A stretch of 64,000 nucleotides of DNA. Source: Paraspadella gotoi (taxonomy: Eukaryota > Animalia > Chaetognatha). The first letter of the stretch is position 1, and every line of letters starts with the position of its first letter. This document shows, piece after piece, positions 50,502 to 63,400 of this stretch. The DNA lies in the NCBI GenBank assembly GCA_051294375.1, contig CM119266.1:26382153-26446152 (forward strand), given 5' to 3'. Both the position numbers and the translations under genes were made by a program. The notes under the pieces were generated by a model. The model saw only the letters and a program-made list of their open reading frames with translations, ran no database searches and was not told where the DNA came from.

Positions 50502-53500
50502 GTCTGGTTGCTGTATCTATCTACCATTGTTTATTTACATGTGTTGACGGTTCTGTTTTGTTGCCGAATTTTGTTTTTTATTCTCAGCTGCATGAAGCTT
50601 GAGCCGTCGTCTATGGTACTCAGGTTCTGACCAGCGATCGAGACGACATAGATGATTCCCATCTCGCTGTACGACTTTGTGTGGGCCAGAGTAAATCCGC
50701 TCGACTTTGTTCTCGGTCGTCCGAGGTTCCCGCCATGATGAGGTCACGTCGAGTGAGGACGAGGTCCCCGATCTTGATCTCGGTCGGTCGTCTGTATGGG
50801 TTCCTCTTGACGATTGCTTATACAGCTTGGTTCTTTGGTTGGCCAGTTTTGCTTGGGCCTGTTCCTGTCTGTCGGCCCTTTTCCGGATGAAGTCAATCAG
50901 ATTTCTTTTGGTGAAGTCATCAGCAGGCTTCAACAATCCTTGGTCTGTGTCCAAATTGAATCTCATGTGGTGACATCTCCGTTTTCCACCGATGATTGGG
51001 GTGGCGTTTAGGAGCAGCATCAGGTGGGGGAGCTGTTCCAGCATTTTCTTGGCTGATCTTCTACAGCTTTGCGGAGGGCTTGGCGTATTCTGCGATATCT
51101 CTCTCGGCTCTATTACTATCTTTTCTTCCAACCAAGACTCTCCTTCCCACTGTGTCGAGCAGATCCAGTATGGAGTTCATTGCTCTTCCATTCAGTTGGG
51201 TTGCGCCATCAAAGTTGACTTCCATATAAGATCCATGTTGGAGAAAAATCTTTTCGTCTAGGGCTTTTACTATCGTCTCTGCGTCTGCGCGGCGTAATGG
51301 GATGGCCCAGGTGTATGCGGACGCGTTGTCTGATGCGACGAGGGCGTAATTGAAGCCGAGCGACTGAGGGAAGTGCATTACGTCAATGCTTAGTGATTCC
51401 AAGGAGTGATGGCTAGGTTGGGAGCGGATGGCGTTTCATTGTTTCTCTGTGTGCTGTGGATTTTGCACAATTGTCGCCAATTTCTAACGCACTTTGCTGC
51501 TGCAGTTGTCAGTCCTGGTGCTGTGATGTATTGGGCCGCTATGAATGCTGTGCGGTCACGTCCTGGGTGTCCGTAGTGTTGATGTAGTTGATTCACTATC
51601 TCCTCGGCTTTTTCAGGAGGGATGACAAATTTGGTTGTCGGGTTTTCAGCCCTGTAACCTTCGAGTACAAGGATCCCGTTTCCGGTCACGTTGAGATCGG
51701 AAAGGACGTTGGCGAGGTATCTCTCGTCAAAGTTTTTTCTTTTTGCATTTTCTCATTTAGAAACTTTTCTGCTGCTTCTCGGTCATCTTGTTGTAAGGTG
51801 CTTATAACGGTTTTAAACAGCTCGTCTCTTTGTTGCCATTCCTTTACTTGACTTGCCATTGGCATTAATTTAGCTTCTCTTGTGAGGGGTTTTGCTGCCT
51901 CCTCTGCTACCTCTGCCTCTGAGGTGTCGACATCTGTCTCGAGGGTGCTGTCGATCATCAATTCACTGTCTGCTCCAGGCCAGTTCGAATTGGATCGTTT
52001 CCACTGAGGTGTGCTTTGTTGGCAAGGGTGGCGGCGGTGGCGCTTGCGGAGTTGGTGTACGTTGGCATTTGTAAACGGACCGGTCCTCGGTAGGCTTCCA
52101 GTGATGGCTGGTGGCCTTTTGTTTCCTGGCCGTCCTCTACTTTCTGGTTTTCTGAGTTTTGCCACGTTATAGTCTGGATCGGATCACAAGTTGGGGTGCG
52201 AGTGGTTGCTTGTATGGCTTATCATCAGCTGACGACACCTTGGCCTGTGATCGTTCTAAAAATCTTTATTCGCCTGTCGTGGTCAGTTGGTCCATAAACT
52301 CTTTCAAATTGCAGCCAGCTTCACGCGCTGATCCTCCTCCATCATGACGATTGTTATGCCTGTCATCTCACTCAGCATCTCCAACTCGGATGGCCCAGAC
52401 TCCAGTCTTTCGCGGATATTGTCCTGAATGAAGGTGTCGCGTCTTTCGTCTTGGTTTACCATATAGTTTTTCAACATTGGTTTTATTGACGCAAATTTTG
52501 TCGTACGAATTCAAAAGAATTTAGTCCTGAACGATTTGGTTTCCTCTTCCAGCATTGTGCAATCAGCGCCAAGGTGGGTGCATGTCCTGTTACTAGATCC
52601 AGATGCTCTGGTGTCACATGATCTTGTACAGGGTTTTCGGCAAAGCCCGGCTCGTACTCGCCATCAACGTCAAAACCTGCTGGGAAAAACGGGGTGTCCA
52701 AAGGTGTGACTTGACCCTGTTCGGTGAAGCGTGTTAGAAAATCGGCAGATTGTCTTCACTCTTCACTAGTACGACTTCTTTTGGCTGGCATTCCTGTCGG
52801 ATTTCCAGTTACCATGCTGAGGACTCTGCGTAGAGACGAGCAAGATCGCGGTAGCCGATGGTCGTTCCGACATCCAGTCCGACGTGTGTAGTTACCCATA
52901 CCTCAGATCGTGGGAATTGTAGGCGATCGTCGCCGCAGACTCGTGTTGAGAGCATAGAATCCATACTTTAAAGTCAACTTTGCGACGATTATCTTGAGTA
53001 GCCTTGCGCAACTCTGCGACAGTCATGTAAACGCAGCAAAGGTCAAGACGTCTGAAATGTCTATACCTATAGTGACGCGCTACCGGGAGGGTTAGTGAGC
53101 CTAATGAATGAACGTGTTTCAACGCGATGCATGGGCTCGATGATCACCCTACCATACGTGCAAGACGTCTCTAATGGCTGTAATTCTGTAATCCGTCTAT
53201 CTGGCGCTTAAGTTTAATCGGACATGCTTGATTTCGTCAGAGGGTTGAGCATTTCGATTGTTCCGAAGTTAAGCGAGCGTAAGGTAGTGTCAGGATGGAT
53301 GAGGCACTGCGAGTCACGTGCTAGATCAGATGAGTGTAGGCCTACAGAACTCTATTAGTAGCCTGAGCTGAGCAGGCGTTTCGAACCCGTGCTGTCGAGG
53401 TGTTGGTAGAGGCTTTGGTGAGACCCCGTTGAGCTCGACTGCCGTGATGCCTTTCAGCTCGTGCTTCCTAGGATGCTAGCGATGCGAGATGCTGAAACCA

Positions 53501-54943
53501 AGATTTTGATGTCCTCCTTCCTGAGGAGGACGCTCTTTGTCCATTTGAGGACGACATTCTCGTCTCGGCATCTTTGCAGAAGGTCCCGGAGCCTTTGTGC
53601 CATGTCCTCTGGTGACTTTGCCGTGAGGATGAGGTCGTCGACGTAGACTAGGAAGCTTTTGACGTCCGTTCCTAGATCGTGGAAGATCTCGTCCAATATT
53701 GCCTGTAGTACGTTCACACTGTTTACTCCTCCCATCGTTAGCTTATTCATCCACCAGTTGTGACCTGCACCCGCGAAGGTTGTGACGGGTTTGCAGCGTT
53801 CGGTCAGGTTGACCTGGTGAAAGCAAGCTAAAATGTCGACGGAGCATTGTAGTTCGTTGTGGGCTTGATTTGCTCCAAGATTGAGGCAATTGTCTGTGGT
53901 TCTGTTGCATACGTCGATATGTTGTTGTTGACGGCGGAGAGGTCGCAGATGAGTCGCCATTGTTTTGCAAATGTTTCATCGCTCATTTCATCCTGCCCTT
54001 CAGCGACGTGACCCGGTTTTTTTATGAGGAAAGCATTGGAATAAGCCTCATTTCTTGTGCTGGATACGATGCCTGCTTTTTCATATACCTCGAGGTACCT
54101 TTTTAACGCAGCCTTCTTTACAGGGCCTTGGTTCGCAAATCTTGGCTTGGGCAGGTCGTCAGTAGTATATCCAAGGTCCACCTTATAATTGAGGAAACCT
54201 CTTTGCAATCATTTATTGTTTCCCCAAAGACATCACGGAATTCCCACACGATCTCCCACACTAGGTGTGCTTTGTCTTGGAGTGATGGGTCGACATCTTT
54301 GAAGGGTTTTAAGAAGGCCTCTTTTTCCGCGGGCGTCGTGTTTTTGTTGTCTTTTTTGTCGGGCCTCCTTGACTGCCTTGATCTCCTCCTCCATTGGTTT
54401 ATGATGCACAATTGTGGTGGCCGGGATATTATCTTTCCTCACTTTTCTGAGTAATGGTTTTTCCCCAGTTAGGTCTGCTTGTACAGGTTCTGCTGTGGAA
54501 CCAGTTTCCAAACCTAATTCAGTTTTAGCCTCGTTTGTGATCAAGGGTCTTGCCAATCCCCAGGGTCCTGGTTGGCATCGAATTCGATGCCTTCCCTCAG
54601 CAGGTCCCCATCCACAACATGTGCTCTTTCTCCATCAGCGGATTCGATTATCCATCGCGTGCCGGCAAGTGTTTTCCAGTAGGATCTGGTGGAGGTCAGT
54701 TTGACCCTTCCATCTGCATTGTGCTCGGCGTGAATTGGAACTTGTGTGCTCATCCACGTTTCCCCTGGCTAACCATCTGGCTGCTTTTAAAGCTTCGTAC
54801 TTATCACGGAAGAGATGGGTGATGGGTCTGTTTCCCATGGATGCAATTTGTAGGTCGTGCCTTTGTGTTGATGGTTGAACTACCCATAGTTGATCTGGTG
54901 GCCCGGGGTTTGTGACTGCTGTTCCGATAATGACATCCTGGTC
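50222..54943 (-). mobile_element. Ty3/Gypsy LTR retrotransposon internal region, copy 2 (5'-truncated in protease, complete IN C-terminus, PPT)
   Basis: 51001-54943 is near-identical to 45068-48555. It continues through a GPY/F-like YSGPHKV to a polypurine tract AGAGGAGGGGGGGA (50235-50222). Many indels; 52810-53490 is very noisy. Confidence 0.88.
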
Positions 54944-56187
54944 TTGGCCTGGCTAGCATCTTTAGCTCCTCCATGCTTTCTTTTTGACGAATCCAAATCT
55001 GCAAAAAAATCTTTAAAAAAACATTTTTGAAATTTTAACATTTATTGGTTTAGTACTAGTATAAATATGGCCTACTGTGTAAATTGTAAAATTTATTATT
55101 ATTATTTTTATTACATAAATGTTCATTAGTATAATATTGTTCGTTCCTCACTTTTAGAATTTTAATTAAATTTAAATTTAAGAATTTTACTACTCCTTAG
55201 TAAGGAGCTAGGAGAAAAAGTAAAGAATAAAAAAGAGAAATAGAATAGAGAGAAAGATAAAAAAAATAGAAAGAGATAGAGAGTGAGAGACAGAAAGAGT
55301 CGTTGTAGTTGTTATGGGTTTAATTATTATTGTTGTTATTGTTATAGCATATTTTTATTTTTTTAAATAAAAAAAATAGATGGTTAAAATTATTATTATT
55401 TTTTTATTTAAATCGATTTCTCTTAGCATGATTTTATCCAAGCTTAAGATTAAGCTCAATCAACCTTTTTTCTACCACAAAATTTCTGATCAATCCATCA
55501 ATTTACTCAAGTGCAATGATAGGTTAAAGTTATAGATGGACGAATAAATAAATGTATGGAAAGAAGGAAGGATTTAATTTTTTCGGAGAATTTCTTATAA
55601 TAAAGGGATTCTGATATGAACCAAGTAATTTACCAATAAGATATCAGGAGTGGACAGATAAATGGATATAATTGTTTATAGAGTTCGACTATTATAAGAA
55701 AAAAAATTTATACATTAATTTTTTCTAATTATCCTATATTTAGTCATATCCTAAATACCAAATATTATTTTGCATTGATTTTTTTTCATATATAAAGAAA
55801 ACCATGTTTTATATAACCCATTCAGAGATGACGATTTTAATCACAGATTTTTTTTTATGGGTGCATACACTACGCCACGCTAATTTTCATCGTGATTCTG
55901 CTGATGACTAATGGGCAGATCCGACATTGTTTGCTAAAAATTGTTTTATATTAAATGTAAATGAAAGCTGCATTAATCAATTAAGCAACTAATTAAGTCA
56001 ATTATTCAATCAGTCAATTAATTAATCAATAAAGTAATCGTTGTCGATGCCATCATCGTCGTCTTTTGCTTTTGTCGTGGTCACTGGTCAGTGACGAAAA
56101 GAAAAAGAGACAATGCCAGATCTCGTTAATTAAATATTTAAACAAATTAATTAACGCTATGATCGTGGGCAGATCCGGCTTGTTTGC

Positions 56188-57497
56188 TCAAAATTCGAAT
56201 AGAAGATTATGAACAGACTTGTGCCTGTAAACATTTTAAAATAAAAAAAAAAAAAATTTTATTTTTAAATTTTTGAATTAGCCCATGTATCTGCGTTGGG
56301 CTGCGCGGTTCTCCTTCGCGTTTTGGATCCCAAAAATGAGAGCTTCCTCCGTGGCCCTGGATTGGCGGGCCTTGACCTTTTTTCCCGCGAATTTAGCGCG
56401 AGGTCGACGAGGAAACTTGTTGGTCGGGGCTTAATTGAGACGCTTTGAACTTGCCCCTTGGACGGCCTACCGTTTCCAAAACCTGCGTTCTATTATAATT
56501 GCCTAGGTTTTACCTTGTCTGATGCACGAATTTTAAATTGTTGACATGATTTTACCTTGTTTTTACCCTGCTTTTAACCTGGTTTTATCCTGATTTTCTC
56601 TCCTGACTTCGTGCCTTTTATTTGATACAAATTATTTTATTTTCGCTAACCTTAGGACTCTTGGCCAAAAATTTAGGTTCTAGTCAGCGCAAGATCAAAC
56701 AGCTCGTATTTATATTTAGAGAGAAAGACCGGTGGTATGTACAAATACATGTACTATGTATAAATATTAGGGTGGAGTGATGAAAAGATTGAGTGATTGA
56801 ACATTATTTTTTTGCTGCCTATGGACATATAATTAATGAATTTTAAATCCTTTTAAAAATTTTTTTAGCATAACAGTATAGCAAATTCAATTATTTATGT
56901 AGTAATATCCTTATAAAATCGTCAAATTTCAAAATAATTTTTTTTTATTTTTAAGAACTGATTTGGATTCGCTGTAAAAAACTAAGAAACTTTTATAAAA
57001 TATGTTATATGATATTTTAATGTTTAGATCACAAAAAATGACTAAAACGTTTTAACATATATAAGTTTCTACTACAGAGAATAAAAAAGTCAAAAATTTT
57101 CACCTTTTTTCTTATTTTAAACATTGAAGATGACAAAATTTTTGATAACATGTTTTATATTTTTGATTCAACTTTTTATAAAGAATCTGAATCTTTAATA
57201 AAAGTTTTATAAAAATTATTTTTAAAATTTACTATTTTATAAGGATATTACTACAAATATATTATATTTTACTATTCTGTTCCCGAGATAATATGAACAA
57301 AATATTTTTTGTACTAGTTAATCATACTATCTCACATCTAAATATCATTGTTCGATCATTCAAATAAATTTTTTGTTCTTGAGTGCTCCACTCTAATAAA
57401 TATGGGCTAATGCGAAAATTAAAAAAAAAAAAAAATTTTTAGATATCAATGTTCTTTAGTACAAGACTGTTCATGATGAACTATTCAAATTTTGATC
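56188..57497. mobile_element. Element with ~100-bp imperfect inverted ends hosting the hAT MITE
   Basis: TCAAAATTCGAATAG..ATGAACAGACTTGT..TTAGCCCAT is mirrored by ATGGGCTAA..ACAAGACTGTTCAT..CTATTCAAATTTTGA. Confidence 0.55.
56768..57395. mobile_element. hAT-type MITE
   Basis: TIRs TAGGGTGGAG / CTCCACTCTA, exact 8-bp TSD ATAAATAT. Confidence 0.85.
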
Positions 57498-57772
57498 TGC
57501 AACTTTCACTATGACTTATTCAGTATGTATTCAATTAATTGATTCTTTGTATTTATTTATTATATTCAATTAATTTATTTAAATACTTATTTATTCAATA
57601 ATTTTTTTAGTTTGATCAGTTCATTCATTTATTTATTCAATGCATTTATTCACTTAGATCATACAATAATACAATTTTATCTTATCTTTCCAGACGTTTT
57701 TCGTGTATCCAATTATTTATTCAATATTGTGAGAGTCCCTATTACTTTAAAGATATTATTTTATAAAATTAG

Positions 57773-57931
57773 TCGATGACGGACTTCTACTTCAGCCTCG
57801 AAAAGGGAGATATAATGGGCATGCGTTATGCTCGACGTATTCGCAACGTGGCCTTCGGTCTCTTTGGCCTTTCTGCACTATTCTCCGGTGGCGCATTATT
57901 CTTTGATATATTTTTTGAGAATGATTATAAG
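57773..57931 (+). CDS. Isolated internal coding exon with a transmembrane segment
   Basis: AG acceptor at 57771-2 and AAG|GTAAAA donor; 159 nt, phase 0-0; SMTDFYFSLEKGDIMGMRYARRIRNVAFGLFGLSALFSGGALFFDIFFENDYK; GC-richer than its flanks. Confidence 0.55.
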
Positions 57932-60261
57932 GTAAAATTTTATCTAGTCCTGACAACCTAATGTACTTATTAAGAGCAAGTTTCCAAATAGGTGTTTTTT
58001 TATCGTCGCAATCGCTAAGCGTTTGCGACGATAAAAGATTTGGGATTTTCAGAAGATTACCTCGCTGACGAACTGGCCGATACAAAGTTTAATAAAAGAC
58101 AAGAAAGAGAAAGTAAAAACACAGAAGGTGATCGAGAAGAACAAATAAGAATTCACGACGACGACGTCGGAGAATCGTAATCCATTCATTTGTTAGCGGT
58201 TATTTTATTAGAAAATCCGGATCCAACATTTTTGGCTCGTTAGAGTTGATCTGGCTAATGTTCAATTTCGATCACTTATCTTGGAGCGAAAATATAAACT
58301 AACACTTACGCACTCAATATAAAATATAAATTTCAGCTTTATTCAATACACAATTAAAATTGAAGCATCTACAATACTACATGGATAAAGTATTTCAAAT
58401 AGGCAAATCCAAACAAAATTGAAAATCTTTTCAAATTTAGTTATATCTAAATTATTTCAGTAATTATATTTCTTTATAATTAAACAAGATCGATTTATCC
58501 AATGTGTTGCGCCGCAGTGACTTTCTTTTCACGGGTATTTCCCTGTGAAATTATGTATAACAAACGTGTTATGGTTGATCACTACTCTGCAAAGTTTCAT
58601 TTCAAACAACCAGACATATGCCGCATTTACTTTGTGATTACGTGACCACTGTTTTGCGAGGTCGCAAGACTACATAAGTAGATAGGCAAGTTCCCTGGTC
58701 GTTTATAATGTTATTTTAAATATTTTTACATTTACTGATAGGAAATGGTGTCAATATTGTTGATGTAACATTTCAAATCAATCGCCCACACGTTGAAAAA
58801 TAATCTACAAAAAATGGTCATTTTCCACGCCAATTTTTAAAACAAATCTGCGTTCGTTAAATTTTCTTTTTGGTTCCACTTAAATTTTTAGCTTCGGCCG
58901 AGTGACTTAATTGGTATTAAAAAATTCATTTTCTTTGATATCTTTGAAACAAAAATGATAGAACAATGAGACTGGTATCATATTAAAGCCATAATTATGG
59001 GGAATCTTTTCCATATAATTTTTCTCAGATGTTACAAAGGATTTTTTAAAATCTGATCGGAATCTCAGTCAAAAGTATAACAACTTTTGAAATTAAATTA
59101 AACACACTTGGCCGTATTTAAAAAAATACATAAATATAGATTCTGAAAGAGAAAAGATTGAATTATGTTTCTGATATAAACAAAAATTTTCTATACTTCA
59201 AATGTTTATATAATTACTAAGGATAATGAATTATCATTTTGTTGAAAACAACAAAAATTTAAAAATTCATGTAGGAACCTTAAAAAACATATGTTTTAAA
59301 TATGAAATTTATTAGTTAAAACTTTGTTCCGGCTGATTTAAAAACTACTGACAGAGGGCTAAAAGACTGTAATATCAGATTTTTAAATTTTTGTCATCTT
59401 CAGGTGCAAATCAAAACATTGCATAATGCCCATTAGCTATATTAATTAACAATTTTTTATTAAAAAAGCACTACAATCTTTTAATAACACGCTAATGCAT
59501 GTAGCTGTATGGTAAATTGTTGTTTTTATTTTTATTATAATACAGGCTTTTATCAATAAAGGGGTAAATTGCAAAGAAATGAGTTATTCAAGGCTCCATA
59601 TTGATACTATGATATCAATGAATTTTCTTTGTTCTGGCAATGAAATGTACATAAGACATTGTAGTTTCATTAGCTAATCTTTATTTTTATAATTTTAAAG
59701 GGCATGTTTGGCAAAAACAGTAAGAAACAAAAATGACAACAAATTTTGAGAAAAAATTTGATGAATTGCTATTATTTCTTACTATGACGTCAATTTATTT
59801 TTTTCGTTATGTGCTTGAAAGTTAGGCTAAACCAACAGAATCGGAATCAGTGCATGACCGCTGTATATTTATTAGACTTATACAGTAAATACCGCAAGAT
59901 AAAAAAATTTAAAAAGAATTCAGACTAAGCGCCTTGTTTATTTTCAGTATTTTTTTCGTCAAGACCTTTGGATTTTCTTTGTTCCAGCGGCGTTGGATAG
60001 CCTAAACACTGCAATTTCCGAAATCATCCATGGTTTTGTAATATTTACTGCGCTACTGGTGCAAAAATTGCTAGGAACCAAAATTATCAGAAACCGCTTC
60101 GTTCTTTCGGATTTTTTTTTTTAAGCGCGGAACGACATATCTAACATAAGTATGAAACATGAAAAAGAAGCATTAAGTAATGTCTTACCAGTCTACCACG
60201 TATTAACTAAAATAACTCTGAGCTCGTGTATTTATGACATGCACTGCACAGGAATTCCATC

Positions 60262-60450
60262 GGGTTATTTTTACTTCGCCGACCGGGGTTAGGGAGAGGT
60301 TAGGGTTAGGGAGAGGTTAGGGTTAAGGGTGGTTTAGGGTTAGTGGTGGTTAGGGTAATTATTAATTAACATTTTTTTTTTAAAATAAATATTTTTAAAT
60401 GGTTTTTCAAAAGCCGCCAAAACCGCGGTCGGCGAAAGTAAAAATTAGCT
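60262..60450. mobile_element. Small TIR element carrying degenerate TTAGGG repeats
   Basis: Inverted ends TTTTTACTTCGCCGACCG / CGGTCGGCGAAAGTAAAAA, near-perfect 8-bp TSD ATTCCATC/ACTCCATC, (TTAGGG)-like array at ~60288-60357; a related end at ~25995-26037. Confidence 0.6.
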
Positions 60451-63400
60451 ACTCCATCTTTTATCCTTTATACTGACCGATCAACATAGTTTCAACATAC
60501 CACATACGACCGAAAAGTGACAGGTGCTCCGCGAGTACTTGCGGCGCAACTAAAAACGTAGTCAGAACTTAAGGTCTAAAAATCAATGCTACCAAAATAA
60601 GGTAAATTTATTAGAAATATGTACATAGCTAAAACAAATATCTACAAATGCCATAATGATAATCATTATGTTTTAGAAACTTAGATAATTTCAATTTTAT
60701 TACATTATTTTAGATAAGCTAATTAAAAATAACCAAGATGTGAACAAGGCGCTAAGACACAATGAAAAATAACGTGGCGAAACGGTCTCGTGCTGATTTT
60801 GTCCCTTTAAAAATTGTTCTGAGCCAAATTAATTGATCATTACTTTGGTAATATGTGCGATATACACTACTGGACATTACTGTATCTGACCATAACCATT
60901 GACCATCAACAAAAAAGCTAACTCGATCAAAAATAGTAAAAAAAAGATGAAGCAATATAGCTCGAAACGCTTACAAAATTTTAGACCATTGCTTTTATAA
61001 ATGCAAAAAAAATTAATATTATTAAAACAAAACTTTAACGATAACCTAATAGTTAACCGAGACCAAGATGAATATTTTTTACCCATCATTTTCCTCAATT
61101 GATATGAATCATTTGTTTGTAATTAGTCAATTAATCTAAATAAACAAATGACAAATTCATTTTCAATTTCTTATGAATGGAAGTTTTCTCTGCTTACTTC
61201 CCTTGTATCTAATTATTAATATTTTAAAGGTATTTTTCAAAAACCTTATATAATTACTATATTTTTTCACTTTTTTTCAATTCTTTCAAACAAAAATAAC
61301 ATCATAAAAACATTTTAAATTAATAAAAAAAAATTGAATGATTTTGGGAAAAAATATTTTGAAATTTTGAGAATAATGGATTATGAATCAGGAAAAAAAT
61401 TTTGCAATTCTAAAAAAATCAGCCTCAAGCCTTTCGATTTTTCTAGAGGCTGATTTTTTTTATTTTTTTTGATATTTTGATTTTCTATGCAAAACCATTA
61501 TCTCAATGAGCATAGGTCGGACAAAATTTTTTTTTCCAAAAAATTAAAAAAATTTCAACTTTTCTAATTAAGCTTTTTTGGGGAAATAAATAATAAATTA
61601 TTATACGATAGGTACATCTGAAAGTGATATGTCTCTAAATGACAAAAAAATTTTTTTTCAAATTTTTTTTGAAGTTTAAGTATTGTACCAATAGAAATAA
61701 GTGAGATACTCCCGCTTTTGCCAAAATTTTTATTTAACAAAGTTTTGTACTGCGTAATTTAAAAAAATTATTTTTTTAAATAAAAGAAAAGAGGGTAGCA
61801 AGGTGGATGTGGTATCAAATTAAAGCCTTAACTCATGGGAACACCTTTCTAAAAGAGTTTTATTAAATTAAATCCATAAATCTTTACACAGCTTTTGTTT
61901 AAATCAGAATTAAAAGTATAAACAGTTTTTTGCTTTAAAATTTCAATGAAGGCATATTGAAATTTTTTTTTTTCTTTTGTAATTTGAAAAAGGAAAGACT
62001 GAATTACATTTTGTTTATTATTAAATTTTTTTTATTCCATAAAATTGCTTATATTTTCAGTTAAAGTAAAAAAACAAGCAAAAATTTATGTTATAGCTTG
62101 ATAAAATGAATTTTTAAATATTAAAAAATTGATAAATACAAAAATGTTTTTAGCTGATATAAACAGTCTGGACATCTACCTTCTTGGTCTGTAAAAAAAA
62201 ATCGTCATTTTCATTATCTTTAACTGCAAACTAAAGCTTGACACACTGCTTGTTTTCATAATAAAGTTGTAAAAATTATATAGCTGGTAACATATTTGAC
62301 AAAGCAAAACATCATTGTGTTAAATTGTATGATAATTTTTTTTTAATATAGCAAGGAATTTAATGCTATTATTTATCATCCATTTAATAAAGAAAAATAT
62401 TTCTCGTAATAGCCCATTGGAAAGGCTTCATTGACTGACTTAATGATGAAATTTTTTAGATTCTTACTGCCCCATTTCACAAGATAAAAAAGGTCATGGT
62501 TATCATATCAATAAGTCCAGATTATCTGTACCCTTTCTGCAACCTACATTCCAAATTTTCTTTTTTTCCTTCAAATGTATTAAATAAAAAAAAATTATTT
62601 GATGAGAACAATCGGCGTGGAGGATGCCATTGGTAAGCTTTAGTTACCCCACTTCCCGATCGAATTTTTAAATGAGGTTTTTTTCCACCTATTTGAGACA
62701 TAACACTAACTATTAGTACTATTATTTTTTTTATTTTTTCTATTACAATTCTATGAATAAATATGAATAAGTAACTTTTTAAAAAAATTTATCATCTTTC
62801 ACCCTATATTCAGTCATATCTAAAAAACGTTTTAAAAAAGAAAAATAAATATAATAATATTGAACAGTGAATTTTTTTTATGCACGGAACAGTAACGTTA
62901 CGCCATTTTCATTGTGTCCTAAGCGGACTGAAGAAGATTATCTGAAATTGTACAACCAATATAAAAATTATCCTCTCTGTTACTCTGTTACTCTTTTTAA
63001 CCCTCTCTAAAAGGTAGAGAATGGGTCCTGGGCTTTGAGCCAGGTTTAGGGATTCGCTACCCCTCAAGGCGCATACAGCTTTATGTAGGGCATTAGCTTT
63101 ACATTAGGAAATGATTAATTACGTGGCGAACTTAGGCAATGCCTGCTACAATGAAAGCTGGTTCTTACTAGTATCAGTTAAAATCAATATTAATAAGATT
63201 AACCATTTTCGAAGGAACTTTGATTTTTAATAGAAAACAAGATACCGATAAACAGAACCATTTCATTGAAATTTAACAAATGAATTCAATTTTGTGGCCT
63301 AACTATTTTCATCATCTACTAAAAGCTTTGTCGGCGAAAGTAAGCAACGTCTTGAAAATTTGGCTGTTAAAAAAACAAGTTTGAGCAAACAATGTCGGAT

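Noticed and set aside
52055-52430. Segment present in only one Gypsy copy, considered as an intron in a retrotransposon
   Set aside because: No GT-AG on the coding strand; the TG/CA microhomology points to a deletion in copy 1.
52810-53490. Apparently novel sequence and ORFs inside Gypsy copy 2
   Set aside because: Patchy residual similarity to copy 1 RT/RH indicates low-quality read sequence.
62926-62952. CTGAAGA-AGATTATCT-GAAA hammerhead-like string
   Set aside because: Stem II is too short, stem III/I support is missing, and it arises at a junction between two repeats.
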